From: an uncultured Bacilli bacterium
GTDB taxonomy: Bacteria > Bacillota_I > Bacilli_A > RF39 > UBA660
Reading direction: 5' to 3'
Assembly: GCA_947588895.1 (NCBI GenBank)
Contig: CANQBF010000002.1
Coordinates: 1-53,782, forward strand
Length of the DNA stretch: 53,782 nt
Shown here: positions 44,029 to 53,782 of the stretch, one piece after another
Position numbering within the stretch: the stretch's first letter is position 1
How the letters are laid out: each line of letters opens with the position of its first letter
Position numbers and translations under genes: made by a program
Notes under the pieces: generated by a model
Told to the model about the DNA's origin: nothing
Seen by the model: only the letters and a program-made list of their open reading frames with translations
Database searches by the model: none

Positions 44029-44811
44029 ATGAAAAAAGGAGTATTAATTTGTACTATTTTAACAATAATTGCAGTATCTATTAATATTTCAAAAATTAAT
44101 TTTAGTGAGGAATTAGAAGATGTTAATGTTAATGTTGATGAAAAATTGAAAATGGATAATAGTGTAGAAGATACGACTAATTCTGGAATAAATAGTAATT
44201 TATATTATTATTCTAATGATGTTGAAGAAGACAATACTATAAAAGAAGAAACAAAAGTAAATCCAAATAATAAAAGTCAAGAAACTAAAATTGATACTAA
44301 AGGGGAAACTAATACTCAACAAGGAAAATCTACTGATGTAATAGTAAAACCAAACGAAAACGACAATAGTATGATAAAAGATGATAAAAATAGTGAAGAA
44401 ATAAAACAAGAATTAAATAAAGATAGTGAATCTGTTATTGATGAGAAACAAGAAAGTAATAATAAGACAAATATTGAAGATAAAAAAGTAGATAGTAATT
44501 TAGATGATAATACTCAAGATAAAATTCCAAGTGTTAAAGAAAAATTAAATAATCAAAAGGATGATACTAAAGTAAAAGTTGTAGATAAATCAGTTGGTAA
44601 AATGTGTGCTCAAGCTATTGATTATTTTTATGAAGATGCTTATTATAAATATTATTTTACTTGTAAGAAAAGTGTTTATATGTATGTTATAAAAGATGGA
44701 AAAGAATATAAATTAGTTGATGCTTTAAAAAATAATATAGTAACTATGCAAGAGTTAAATGATAATGGGTATCAATTTTCTAAAAAAAGTAAAAATTTAG
44801 TAGCTAAATAA
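44029..44811 (+). CDS. Secreted acidic low-complexity protein with a small Cys-containing C-terminal domain
   Basis: Signal/anchor MKKGVLICTILTIIAVSI, ~170 aa N/D/E/K-rich, structured last ~75 aa. Confidence 0.5.
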   Translation: MKKGVLICTILTIIAVSINISKINFSEELEDVNVNVDEKLKMDNSVEDTTNSGINSNLYYYSNDVEEDNTIKEETKVNPNNKSQETKIDTKGETNTQQGKSTDVIVKPNENDNSMIKDDKNSEEIKQELNKDSESVIDEKQESNNKTNIEDKKVDSNLDDNTQDKIPSVKEKLNNQKDDTKVKVVDKSVGKMCAQAIDYFYEDAYYKYYFTCKKSVYMYVIKDGKEYKLVDALKNNIVTMQELNDNGYQFSKKSKNLVAK

Positions 44812-44835
44812 AAAAGAAAGCTTTAACTTTCTTTT
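44812..44835. terminator. Bidirectional terminator
   Basis: AAAAGAAAG / CTTTCTTTT 9-bp stem between convergent stops. Confidence 0.6.
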
Positions 44836-47103
44836 TTATTTGGTATTATCTATTATTTTTGAAAGCTCATATAAAAATGGACTTCTTTCTTTAGGATTTT
44901 TATTTACCAGTAAATATACATAATTTTTTGTTCTTGTTAAACCAACATAGAATAATCTACGTTCTTCAGGAAAAGGAATGCGTTCTTTACCAGGTTTAGG
45001 TTTAAATAAATTTAAAAGCCAAAAACTATTGAACCCTTCACGTGGAAAATAACGATTAAGCCCAATAATAATTACTTCATCACTAGTTAAACCTTTAGAT
45101 TTATGAATAGTCATACCTTCAATATCTATATCTTCATTACCAATAAAAGTTATTTTATTATCTAATTCTTCTCTAAGTTCTTTGTCCTTAAAAATATTAT
45201 TAATATGTTCATTTAGTCTTGCTAGAATTAAAATACTATGTTCTGGATTTTCTTTATGAATTTGTAAAATTAATTGTTGTAATGCTTTATATTCATTACC
45301 ATCTTCATAAGTAATAAATCTTATAGGATTTACTAAACTTTTATTAGATATTAATTTCTTTTTTATTTGGTCAGGATTTTTCATAATAAAATCACCACTA
45401 TAATTTATTAATTCTTGACTATTACGATAAGTCTTACTAATATTTAATAATTTAGCATTAGGAAATAATTTTTGAAAATTATAAATATATTCAATTTTAG
45501 AACCAGTAAAAGCATATATTGATTGCCAATCGTCTCCCACTGCGACAACTTTCGAATGATTATAATCAGCAATTTTTTTAGTTAATTCATATCTCGATTG
45601 TGATATATCTTGATATTCATCAATTATAATATAATCACATTTAAGATTTTCTTTATTAATTAAATATTCAAAATATTTATTAGCATAATAAATCATATCA
45701 CTATAATCAAAGCCATAAGTTTCTGCTCCAAATAAATTTTGTTGATAATAAAGATAAAAATCATAAAAATAATTAAATTGCTTTATTAATGTTTCTTTTT
45801 CTTCATCTTTATAATCTTTTATATAATCTTTAACAATATTATTAATATTATCTCTTTCTGGATTAGCTTTAATTGTATCGATAATATTATATAATAAATC
45901 TTTAAATTTATAAAATTGTGAAGTTGGATTACATCTTAACATATGTTCATATATTTCTTCATCAGTTTTGGGATTAAGTTTAATATTTAATTTTAATAAT
46001 TCATTTTTTAAAGTTTCTTCAATATTATCTAAACCTTGACCATTAATATAATCAATAGCTATAAATTTAGTTTTATGTTCTTGATGATATTTTAATTTCA
46101 TATTTTTAATTTTATTATATCTATTTAAATTATCGGGATAATTAGATAAACCGAAATATTCAATATATATTTCTTGACCTCCAATATTTAAAGTAAAATC
46201 AGGTTTATATTGTTCATTATTGGGTAAGAATTCTTCATATAATTTTTCATATAAATATGGTATATTATTTTTGAATAAAAAGTTAGCTATTAAAGCTTCT
46301 CCTTTACTTTTTACTAGTTCACTATTAATAGTATAATAGTTAGACATCTTCTTTTCTACTTCTTCTTTAACAATTTGAGAAAAATCAGTTATTTCTAATT
46401 TTTTGGCTTTAATATAAGATTCAAAGTATTCATCAAAAGTATTATATTTATCATAATTGTCTTTAAAAAAAGAACCAAATAACCATCTTTTATTAGTAGA
46501 AAGACTATCAAATGTATTTAAAATATCACTAACTTTATTTTTATCATTAAATATATGTTCTTTAAAATAATTTGAAAATATTTCATCTCTTTTATTACTA
46601 TCAACTACATAACATCTTCGATTATTTTTATATAATTCTTTAATATATTTAAAACCTAAACTATGAAATGTTGTAACATTTGCTGGGATTCCAAAATCTA
46701 TAGTAATACGATTAGCTAATTCTTGAGTTGCTTTTCTTGTGAAACTCATAACTAATATTTTATTTGGCTCAATGTGTTTTTTATCAACTAAATATTTAAC
46801 TTTAGCAGCCATTGTTGTGGTCTTTCCAGTTCCTGCTCCAGCAATTATTAAAGTATAGTCATCATCATTTAAAATAGCTTTTATTTGTTCTTCATCTAAA
46901 ATAATATTATCATCTATATCTTTATAAATATTTTTAAAATAATCATAGTATTCATGATATTTATAGTTAATTGCATTATTATTATAAATTTCTAAATTAA
47001 AATTAGGAGGTATTATATTAGGATAACTATTTTTGATAGAGTTATATAAAGAAGTAGAAATATATTCATTATTTTTAATATTATATAAAAACTCCTCTTG
47101 CAT
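44836..47103 (-). CDS. UvrD/Rep-family SF1 helicase (helicase IV-like) with embedded PD-(D/E)xK-like module
   Basis: AGAGTGKT (I), DEYQDIS (II), GDDWQSIYAFTGS (III), YRNS (IV), TIHKSKGL (V), YVGLTRTK (VI). Insert GEALIANFLFKNNIPYLYE..YKPDFTL..IYIEYFG. Confidence 0.85.
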   Translation of the reverse strand: MQEEFLYNIKNNEYISTSLYNSIKNSYPNIIPPNFNLEIYNNNAINYKYHEYYDYFKNIYKDIDDNIILDEEQIKAILNDDDYTLIIAGAGTGKTTTMAAKVKYLVDKKHIEPNKILVMSFTRKATQELANRITIDFGIPANVTTFHSLGFKYIKELYKNNRRCYVVDSNKRDEIFSNYFKEHIFNDKNKVSDILNTFDSLSTNKRWLFGSFFKDNYDKYNTFDEYFESYIKAKKLEITDFSQIVKEEVEKKMSNYYTINSELVKSKGEALIANFLFKNNIPYLYEKLYEEFLPNNEQYKPDFTLNIGGQEIYIEYFGLSNYPDNLNRYNKIKNMKLKYHQEHKTKFIAIDYINGQGLDNIEETLKNELLKLNIKLNPKTDEEIYEHMLRCNPTSQFYKFKDLLYNIIDTIKANPERDNINNIVKDYIKDYKDEEKETLIKQFNYFYDFYLYYQQNLFGAETYGFDYSDMIYYANKYFEYLINKENLKCDYIIIDEYQDISQSRYELTKKIADYNHSKVVAVGDDWQSIYAFTGSKIEYIYNFQKLFPNAKLLNISKTYRNSQELINYSGDFIMKNPDQIKKKLISNKSLVNPIRFITYEDGNEYKALQQLILQIHKENPEHSILILARLNEHINNIFKDKELREELDNKITFIGNEDIDIEGMTIHKSKGLTSDEVIIIGLNRYFPREGFNSFWLLNLFKPKPGKERIPFPEERRLFYVGLTRTKNYVYLLVNKNPKERSPFLYELSKIIDNTK

Positions 47104-47191
47104 AATACCACCTTTTTATTATAATAAGTATAACATTTTAATTTGAAATGGAAAAGAGTTATAGTATAATTTAATTAAAGGAAGCGAAATT

Positions 47192-47590
47192 ATGAAAAAA
47201 AGAAAATTAGTAGTAGTTGTAGCATTAATCAAAAAGAATAATAAATATTTCATTGGCAAAAGAGCCGATGACGAAGAAGATAATATTGGTAAATGGGAAT
47301 TTCCTGGTGGAAAAGTGGAAGCTAATGAAGATGAGAGAACCGCTATTGAAAGAGAAATAATGGAAGAGTTAGAACTAAATGTCAAAGCAGTGAAATATTT
47401 AACAAGTTGTAATAGAGAAACTGATGATTTAATTGCTGAATTCAAATTATATGAATGTGATTATATAAGTGGAAAAATTAAATTACATGCACATTCTGAA
47501 TATAAATGGGTATCAAAAAAGAAATTACTTAATTATGATTTACCAACACCTGATATGATGTTAGCATATTATGTTATCAATAATTGTTAG
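47192..47590 (+). CDS. Nudix hydrolase (MutT-like)
   Basis: Nudix box GKWEFPGGKVEANEDERTAIEREIMEELEL. Confidence 0.8.
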   Translation: MKKRKLVVVVALIKKNNKYFIGKRADDEEDNIGKWEFPGGKVEANEDERTAIEREIMEELELNVKAVKYLTSCNRETDDLIAEFKLYECDYISGKIKLHAHSEYKWVSKKKLLNYDLPTPDMMLAYYVINNC

Positions 47591-47640
47591 GTTATTGCAA
47601 TTTTGGAAGTCATAATTTATAATTAATATTGGTGATACTA

Positions 47641-47922
47641 ATGAAAAGAACAATAGGGTTAATCGTAAAAATATTATTAGTTACTTTAGTAGTAACATGG
47701 ATAAGTTTAATAATGATTGAATATGTTAGATATAATAATGATGAGCCAATGTTAATAAAATTATATGAAGAAACAAGAAATTATGATGATGGTCATGTTT
47801 ATGTTACTTATGGTTTAGGATATAAATCAATTAGTTATGAAAGAGATAGTATATATGGTAAAGAATTTGGTCATTTATTTATTAAAGTAAAAGAAAAATT
47901 ACCAGAAAAAAATAAAAGTTAG
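47641..47922 (+). CDS. Small membrane-anchored hypothetical protein
   Basis: Single TM (IGLIVKILLVTLVVTWISLIMI); GGTGA RBS. Confidence 0.4.
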   Translation: MKRTIGLIVKILLVTLVVTWISLIMIEYVRYNNDEPMLIKLYEETRNYDDGHVYVTYGLGYKSISYERDSIYGKEFGHLFIKVKEKLPEKNKS

Positions 47923-47933
47923 GACGTGATAGT

Positions 47934-48317
47934 TTGAAATTAAATAATAAAGGATGGGGAACAACGGAAATGATTCTTTTAAGTTGTGGTTTATTAATTG
48001 CCCTTTTAGTTGCAGCATTTTTTATATCACAATTATTTAAGAGTTTCAATAAACAAGCCCAATCAAATTATTTAGAATTAGAAACTAAATTAATTGAAGC
48101 TGGAAAAAATTATGTAGATAATTATAATATTGAAATAAATGATACTTTTAAAGTTAGTTCTGAAATATTAAGATTAGATGGTTATATAAATGATTTAAAA
48201 GACCAAGATGGTAATCTTTGTACTGGTTATGTTAGAGTAAATAATATTGATAATATATTAGAATATCAAGGCTTTATAAGATGTAATAATTATGAAAGTC
48301 CAAATTATAGTGAGTAA
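47934..48317 (+). CDS. Putative prepilin-type (pseudopilin/ComG-like) protein
   Basis: N-terminus MKLNNKG|WGTTEMILLSCGLLIALLVAAFF fits the class III signal (G at -1, E at +5, hydrophobic helix); TTG start. Confidence 0.4.
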   Translation: MKLNNKGWGTTEMILLSCGLLIALLVAAFFISQLFKSFNKQAQSNYLELETKLIEAGKNYVDNYNIEINDTFKVSSEILRLDGYINDLKDQDGNLCTGYVRVNNIDNILEYQGFIRCNNYESPNYSE

Positions 48318-48341
48318 GATACATTAATTGTATCTTTTTTT
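48316..48341 (+). terminator. Intrinsic terminator
   Basis: AAGATACA / TGTATCTT 8-bp stem, 5-nt loop, T-run. Confidence 0.6.
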
Positions 48342-48361
48342 AGACATTAATGTCTAAAAAA
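48336..48361. promoter_or_regulatory. Perfect 26-nt palindrome (candidate XRE operator)
   Basis: TTTTTTAGACATT|AATGTCTAAAAAA, core TAGACATTAATGTCTA 48341-56, ~75 nt upstream of the XRE gene. Confidence 0.45.
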
Positions 48362-48434
48362 TAATTCTTAAAATATGTCATAGTAAATTATTTAAATCTT
48401 ATTTATAATGAAGTTAGAAATGGAGAAAGATAAA

Positions 48435-49172
48435 ATGAATCAAGAAAAGATAGGTAAATTTATTGCTAAATTAAGAAAGGAAAAGAAATTAACGCAAGAA
48501 GAATTAGCTGAAAAATTAAATGTTAATAGTAGAACCATATCAAGATGGGAAACAGGTAATTCTATTCCAGATATAAGTATGTTTACTAATTTAAGTAAAA
48601 TACTTGGAGTATCTATTAATGACTTAATGAGTGGAGAAATAGTAAAAAAAGAAGAATATCAAGATAAATTTGAGGAAAATGTTGTAGAAGTAGTATCCAA
48701 AAGTAAAAATAAGAAATGGCATAAATTTTGGTTATGTGTATATATTATAACAATGGTTACAATTATCGGTTTTATTTGTTATATTAAAATACCTTTTAAA
48801 CAAGCATATGATAAGAATAAAATGGCTGTTATTATAAAAGATACGAGCATGCCTCATTTTGTATATACAACAACATATGATGGTAATATAAAATTATTAA
48901 TTAGATATAATTCTAAAAAAGAAAAATTATTCTTTATAAGATTAGAAAGTACATTATATGATATGAGAGAAAAAAATGTTAATATAGATAAACAAGACGT
49001 GGTTGATTTAACAAGAGGTCCAAGTTATGAATATGAGCATTTTGTAACTTTTGTACCTGATGAAAATTATAAAATATATTATACTAATGTAAAATTTTCT
49101 AAAATAGTTAATGCTTCAGAAAAAGAATTAGAAAAAATTATTAAAAATAGTTATTTAATGCTTGAAAGTTAA
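48435..49172 (+). CDS. Membrane-anchored XRE-family HTH regulator
   Basis: HTH_3 (IAKLRKEKKLTQEELAEKLNVNSRTISRWETG), one TM (FWLCVYIITMVTIIGFICYI), ~120-aa C-terminal domain; GGAGAA RBS before ATG 48435. Confidence 0.75.
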   Translation: MNQEKIGKFIAKLRKEKKLTQEELAEKLNVNSRTISRWETGNSIPDISMFTNLSKILGVSINDLMSGEIVKKEEYQDKFEENVVEVVSKSKNKKWHKFWLCVYIITMVTIIGFICYIKIPFKQAYDKNKMAVIIKDTSMPHFVYTTTYDGNIKLLIRYNSKKEKLFFIRLESTLYDMREKNVNIDKQDVVDLTRGPSYEYEHFVTFVPDENYKIYYTNVKFSKIVNASEKELEKIIKNSYLMLES

Positions 49173-49234
49173 CAGTATATTTAAAATATTAAGTATGGTA
49201 TAATAAGGGCATGAATGATAAATGAGGGGGTTAT

Positions 49235-50419
49235 ATGAAACGTATTCTTATGAACAAAAATGTAGAAGTATTAGTAGCTGATTATGATTCTGCAACAAGT
49301 GTTTTTACAAAAATCTATGAAGTTAAAGACATCAATTATGCACCTTATATATTAAAGAGTTTTTATATTGAAAATGATATTAATGATACACCTTTTAGAA
49401 CTAATTTAAGTGAATGGTTTAAAGGAAGAGGAATACCATCATGGCGTGATAAATTAGATTTATTATTGCATCGATTAAATATTAGTGCTCCATATGAAAT
49501 TTTAGATAAAGCTTTTGGGTTATCTTTATCTGACCAATATTGGTTAAAACCAAAAGGTAGTAATATTAAATATGATGATATAAACTTTTTTGATAATGAT
49601 TTTGATTATGCTGAGTTTATGGAAGCATCATTATCTACTAATAGTAAAATAATAAAGAAGGAAAGTTCATTAAAGACTCCTAATAATACAACTGATGGAA
49701 TGCTTAAAAAAGCTTGGATAATTGATAAAGGTACAAGATATTTATTAAAAGGTGGTTATAAAAATGAAACAATACAACCATTTAATGAAGTGTTAGCTAG
49801 TGAAATATGTAAAAGATTAGGATTTAATCATGTAGAATATACCATTGATACTTATAAAGATATGGTTGTATCTAAATGTCCTTGTTTTATAACTAAAGAT
49901 ACTGAACTTGTTACTTGTTATCAAATTAGAAATGATATGAAAAGATATGATAGTATCAAAGATTATGAAGAATATATTAAAAAGTTAGAAGATAATGGTA
50001 TAGAAAATGCTCGAGAAAAAGTTGAAAATATGTATATATTAGATTATTTAATTATGAATGAAGATAGACATTTAAATAATTTTGGAATTATAAGAGATGT
50101 TAATACTTTAAAATGGCTTGATGTTGCCCCAATATTTGACAATGGACAAAGTTTAAATATTGAATATTATGATGAAGAAGAAGTTCATATTTCTGGTAAT
50201 GGCAGACTATTTTATGAAGAAAAACCATTTGATGAAATAATAAAAATTGTTAAAAATTTAAAGAGAATTGATATAACTAGGTTAGATGGTTTAGTTGAAT
50301 GGTTTGATGATTTATTACATGAGTATCAAGATTTAACTAAAATGAGTGATGGAAGAATAGAAAGATTATGTATTTTATTAAATAGACAAATTAATAAATT
50401 AAAAGAAAAAGTAAAATAA
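49235..50419 (+). CDS. HipA-family Ser/Thr kinase-like protein
   Basis: LIMNEDRHLNNFGII (catalytic loop, cf N.DDH.KNFS), LDVAPIFDNGQS (cf L.P.YD); TGg-TATAAT extended -10 at 49196-204 and GAGGGGG RBS. Confidence 0.65.
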   Translation: MKRILMNKNVEVLVADYDSATSVFTKIYEVKDINYAPYILKSFYIENDINDTPFRTNLSEWFKGRGIPSWRDKLDLLLHRLNISAPYEILDKAFGLSLSDQYWLKPKGSNIKYDDINFFDNDFDYAEFMEASLSTNSKIIKKESSLKTPNNTTDGMLKKAWIIDKGTRYLLKGGYKNETIQPFNEVLASEICKRLGFNHVEYTIDTYKDMVVSKCPCFITKDTELVTCYQIRNDMKRYDSIKDYEEYIKKLEDNGIENAREKVENMYILDYLIMNEDRHLNNFGIIRDVNTLKWLDVAPIFDNGQSLNIEYYDEEEVHISGNGRLFYEEKPFDEIIKIVKNLKRIDITRLDGLVEWFDDLLHEYQDLTKMSDGRIERLCILLNRQINKLKEKVK

Positions 50420-50425
50420 TTTGTA

Positions 50426-50455
50426 TTGACAAATAATATAATATAGTGATATATT
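50426..50455 (+). promoter_or_regulatory. Putative rpsL operon promoter
   Basis: TTGACA (50426-31), 18 nt, TGa-TATATT (50447-55); leader hairpin GTTCTAC/GTAGAAC at 50475-92. Confidence 0.45.
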
Positions 50456-50553
50456 AATATCGCATTTTATTTAGGTTCTACCTTTGTAGAACTTAATTTA
50501 AAAGACAAATTGACACGCTTGGATTCGTGTTCATAGAAGGGAGAGAAAAAATA

Positions 50554-50964
50554 ATGCCTACAATAAATCAATTGGTAAAAAAGAATCGTCAAAGTAAAAC
50601 TAGAAAAAGTAAGAGTCCAGTACTTGGAGTTGGATTTAATACATTAGAAAGAAAACAAACTGATGTTAAAAGTCCACAAAAAAGAGGAGTTTGTACTCGT
50701 GTAGCAACTAGAACACCAAAGAAACCTAACTCAGCACTTCGAAAATTTGCTCGTGTTAGACTTTCTAATGGTAAAGAAATTGATGCTTACATTCCAGGTG
50801 AAGGACATAATTTACAAGAACACAGCGTTGTATTAGTACGTGGTGGACGTGTAAAAGATTTAATCGGTGTAAGATATCATATTGTTCGTGGTACACTAGA
50901 TACTCATGGTGTTGAAAATCGTAAACAAGGTCGTAGTAAATATGGTGCTAAAAAAAGTAAATAA
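50554..50964 (+). CDS. rpsL: 30S ribosomal protein S12
   Basis: MPTINQL..., [26 protein letters not shown]. Confidence 0.95.
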   Translation: MPTINQLVKKNRQSKTRKSKSPVLGVGFNTLERKQTDVKSPQKRGVCTRVATRTPKKPNSALRKFARVRLSNGKEIDAYIPGEGHNLQEHSVVLVRGGRVKDLIGVRYHIVRGTLDTHGVENRKQGRSKYGAKKSK

Positions 50965-50995
50965 TTAAAAATATTAGAAAGAAGGAGGATTATAA

Positions 50996-51463
50996 ATGCG
51001 TAAAAGAAGAGCAATAAAAAGAGATGTATTACCAGATCCAATATATAATTCAAAAATAGTTACTAAACTTGTAAATACAATTATGTTAGATGGTAAAAAA
51101 GGTACAGCTCAAAATATAATATATGAAGCTTTTGAAATTATTGAAAAACAAACAGGTAAAAAAGCTATGGATGTTTATACAGAAGCTTTAAAAAATATTA
51201 GCCCAGCATTAGAGGTTAAATCTCGTCGTGTTGGTGGTTCTAACTATCAAGTGCCTACTGAAGTTACTGATGCAAGAGCACAAACTTTAGCACTACGTTG
51301 GTTAGTTAATTATGCAAGACTTAGAAATGGAAAGGGAATGGCCATCAATTTAGCAAATGAGATTATTGATGCATCAAATGGTGAAGGTGGAGCCGTTAAG
51401 AAGAAAGAAGATACTCATAAAATGGCTGAAGCAAATAAAGCATTTGCTCATTATAGATGGTAG
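50996..51463 (+). CDS. rpsG: 30S ribosomal protein S7
   Basis: 155 aa, DPIYNS..V.K..N..M.DGKK, RRVGG..YQVP, ...AHYRW. Confidence 0.95.
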   Translation: MRKRRAIKRDVLPDPIYNSKIVTKLVNTIMLDGKKGTAQNIIYEAFEIIEKQTGKKAMDVYTEALKNISPALEVKSRRVGGSNYQVPTEVTDARAQTLALRWLVNYARLRNGKGMAINLANEIIDASNGEGGAVKKKEDTHKMAEANKAFAHYRW

Positions 51464-51471
51464 TGTAATTT

Positions 51472-53547
51472 ATGGCAAGAGATGTTACAATAGATAAAGT
51501 TCGTAATATTGGTATAATGGCACATATCGATGCTGGTAAAACTACTTTTACAGAAAGAGTTTTATTCCATACTGGTATTACTCATAAAATTGGTGAGACT
51601 CATGATGGTGAATCTCAAATGGATTGGATGGAACAAGAAAAGGAACGTGGTATTACTATTACTAGTGCTGCAACTACTGCTCACTGGAAAGGATATCGTT
51701 TAAATATTATCGATACTCCGGGACACGTAGACTTTACTGTTGAAGTTCAAAGAAGTTTAAGAGTTTTAGATGGTTCTATTTGTTTACTAGATGGTAATGC
51801 AGGTGTTGAGCCACAATCTGAAACTGTATGGCGTCAAGCTACTGAATATAAAGTACCTAGAATGATATTTGTTAATAAAATGGATAAAATAGGTGCTGAT
51901 TTCCAATTTAGTTTGGATACGATAGGTAGTAGACTAGGAGTTAATTATGCTCCAATTCAATGGCCAATTGGAGCTGAAAATGATTTTCATGGTATAGTTG
52001 ATTTACTTGAACAAAAAGCTTATACATTTGATAGAACTGATGAACATGAAAATTATAAAGAAATTCCTATCCCTGATGATTTAAAAGATTTAGTAGCTAC
52101 TAAGAGACTAGAATTAGTTGAAAAAGCTGTTGAATTTGATGATGCCTTAATGGAAAAATATTTATCAGGTGAAGAATTAACTGTTCCTGAAATTAAAAGT
52201 GCAATTAGAAAAGGTGTTTTAGCTGCTGAATTTTTCCCAGTACTTTGTGGTAGTGCTTTATCAAATACTGGTGTTAAGTTAGCGCTTGATGCTGTAATTG
52301 ATTACATGCCTGCTCCAACAGATGTTGAAGCTATTGAATGTACTGATGCAAAAGGAAATTTAGTTAAAAGACACCCAAGCGATTCTGAACCATTCACTGC
52401 AATGGCATTTAAGATTGCTGCCGATCCATATGTTGGACGTTTAGCATTCTTCCGTGTATATTCAGGTCACTTAACTAGTGGATCTTATATTTATAATAGT
52501 ACTAAAGGTGTAAAAGAAAGAGTTGGCCGTATTGTTCAAATGCATGCTAACCAAAGAAAAGAAATAACTGATGTATATACAGGTGAAATTGCTGCTTTAG
52601 TTGGTTTAAAAAATACAACTACTGCTGATACACTTTGTGATGAAAGTAATCCAGTAATCATGAATGGTATGGAATTCCCAGACCCAGTTATTGATGAAGC
52701 TATTGAACCAAAAAGTAAAGCTGACCAAGAAAAATTAGGCTTAGCATTACAAAAATTAGCTGAAGAAGACCCAACATTTAAATACAAAACTGATCCAGAA
52801 ACTGGTCAAACAGTTATAAGTGGTATGGGTGAATTACACTTAGAAGTATTAGTAAGACGTATGAAAGATGAATACGGTGTAGAAACAAACATTGGCCGTC
52901 CACAAGTTGCATATCGTGAAACTATTACAGTTCCAGCTGAATGTGAAGGTAAATATATTAAACAATCAGGTGGACGTGGACAATATGGACATGTTTGGGT
53001 TAGATTTGAACCAAATCCTGAAAAAGGATATGAGTTCGTTGATGCTATCGTAGGTGGTGTAGTTCCTCGTGAATATATACCAGTTACCGATAAAGGCTTA
53101 CAAGAAGCTATGGCTGGCGGTATGATTGCTGGTTATCCAGTTGTAGATGTTAAAGCAACATTATTTGATGGTTCTTACCATGATGTAGACTCATCAGAAA
53201 TGGCCTTCAAAATTGCTGCTTCAATGGCTTTAAAAGAAGCTGCTAAGAAATGTAAACCAGTATTACTTGAACCGATAATGAAGGTTGAAGTAGTAGTTCC
53301 TGAAGAATATATGGGTAATGTTATGGGAGACCTTACTAGTAGACGTGGAAAACCACTTGGAAATGAATCACGTGGTAATGCGTTATCAATTAATGCTATG
53401 GTTCCACTTGCAGAAATGTTTGGTTACATGACAAGCTTACGTTCAAATTCTCAAGGACGTGGAAACTTTACAATGACACTTGATCATTATGAAGAAGTTC
53501 CAAGAAATATTGCTGATGAAATTATTAAGAAAAATAGTGTTAATTAG
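51472..53547 (+). CDS. fusA: Elongation factor G
   Basis: [21 protein letters not shown], 691 aa. Confidence 0.95.
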   Translation: MARDVTIDKVRNIGIMAHIDAGKTTFTERVLFHTGITHKIGETHDGESQMDWMEQEKERGITITSAATTAHWKGYRLNIIDTPGHVDFTVEVQRSLRVLDGSICLLDGNAGVEPQSETVWRQATEYKVPRMIFVNKMDKIGADFQFSLDTIGSRLGVNYAPIQWPIGAENDFHGIVDLLEQKAYTFDRTDEHENYKEIPIPDDLKDLVATKRLELVEKAVEFDDALMEKYLSGEELTVPEIKSAIRKGVLAAEFFPVLCGSALSNTGVKLALDAVIDYMPAPTDVEAIECTDAKGNLVKRHPSDSEPFTAMAFKIAADPYVGRLAFFRVYSGHLTSGSYIYNSTKGVKERVGRIVQMHANQRKEITDVYTGEIAALVGLKNTTTADTLCDESNPVIMNGMEFPDPVIDEAIEPKSKADQEKLGLALQKLAEEDPTFKYKTDPETGQTVISGMGELHLEVLVRRMKDEYGVETNIGRPQVAYRETITVPAECEGKYIKQSGGRGQYGHVWVRFEPNPEKGYEFVDAIVGGVVPREYIPVTDKGLQEAMAGGMIAGYPVVDVKATLFDGSYHDVDSSEMAFKIAASMALKEAAKKCKPVLLEPIMKVEVVVPEEYMGNVMGDLTSRRGKPLGNESRGNALSINAMVPLAEMFGYMTSLRSNSQGRGNFTMTLDHYEEVPRNIADEIIKKNSVN

Positions 53548-53630
53548 CAAATAAAGATTGAATAATACTTGAAAAAAATTCAAGCATTAGATAAAATATA
53601 ATAGTAACAAAGAAAGGAGAAAAATATTAT

Positions 53631-53782
53631 ATGGCAAGAGAAAAATTTGATCGTTCTAAAGAACACGTTAATATAGGTACTATTGGACACGTTGACCATG
53701 GTAAGACTACATTAACTGCTGCGATCACTAAATATTTCGGTGAATTTGTTGATTATGCTGATATCGACAAAGCTCCAGAAGA
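53631..53782 (+). CDS. tuf: Elongation factor Tu (5' part, truncated by the window end)
   Basis: [33 protein letters not shown]; AAGGAG RBS. Confidence 0.9.
   Translation, partial: MAREKFDRSKEHVNIGTIGHVDHGKTTLTAAITKYFGEFVDYADIDKAPE

Noticed and set aside
50510-50538. Second TTGACA (50510-15) close to rpsL as an additional promoter
   Set aside because: No acceptable -10 hexamer lies 16-18 nt downstream (ATAGAA only). It is more likely part of the leader structure (ACACG/CGTGT pairing).
1-53782. Alternative genetic code (TGA=Trp, Mollicutes-like), suggested by the extreme AT richness
   Set aside because: Trp in conserved positions is encoded by TGG, and TGA terminates genes at the expected lengths (ftsX, whiA, fic, sigH-like). 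No conserved gene is interrupted by in-frame TGA.
1-53782. rRNA, tRNA, CRISPR arrays, IS elements, integrases, reverse transcriptases
   Set aside because: I saw no cloverleaf-type GC-rich ~75-nt segments, no regularly spaced repeats, and no ORFs with transposase, recombinase or RT motifs. This is a by-eye scan only, so small RNAs could be missed.

Overview
This is a 53.8-kb chromosomal segment from a very AT-rich, low-GC Bacillota-type bacterium. It uses the standard code (TGG=Trp, TGA=stop) and is apparently spore-forming (gerQ, cwlD, sigH-like and whiA are present). I call 59 protein-coding genes; the last one, tuf, is cut by the window edge. I found no rRNA, tRNA, CRISPR array, transposase or integrase. 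Core blocks: ftsE-ftsX-M23 peptidase-yvcK-whiA; [two catalytically dead EcfA remnants]-truA-[insert]-rplM-rpsI-[insert]-cwlD, which is Bacillus-like synteny punctuated by insertions; htrA-RDD; argS; femAB-like; eno; rlmB-sigH-like; GH25 and GH3 wall hydrolases; a Ca-type P-ATPase; rpsL-rpsG-fusA-tuf. Accessory content: a PBECR-like nuclease, a HAD_SAK-like phosphatase, hypoxanthine-DNA glycosylase, class II Fic, Abi_2, an AAA/DUF4143 ATPase, a helicase with a nuclease-like insert, and an XRE plus HipA-family kinase pair. Best candidate for an undescribed system: a self-contained three-gene operon (31428-34448) encoding an archaeal-type SAM-synthetase homologue, a stand-alone AlaRS catalytic-core paralogue and a peptidase S51 hydrolase. 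Other notable signals: (a) a 748-bp module flanked by an 18-nt direct repeat of the rpsI terminator, carrying its own promoter, a highly structured ~220-nt RNA ending in a terminator, and a small nuclease-like gene (toxin/RNA-cassette architecture); (b) a G8 tract inside a near-consensus promoter spacer in front of a large surface protein; (c) a protein with two RNA-polymerase alpha-CTD-like domains inserted between truA and rplM; (d) a three-gene operon with mTERF-like helical repeats. All functional calls rest on motif recognition by eye. No database search or folding computation was possible, and start codons are best guesses from RBS spacing.
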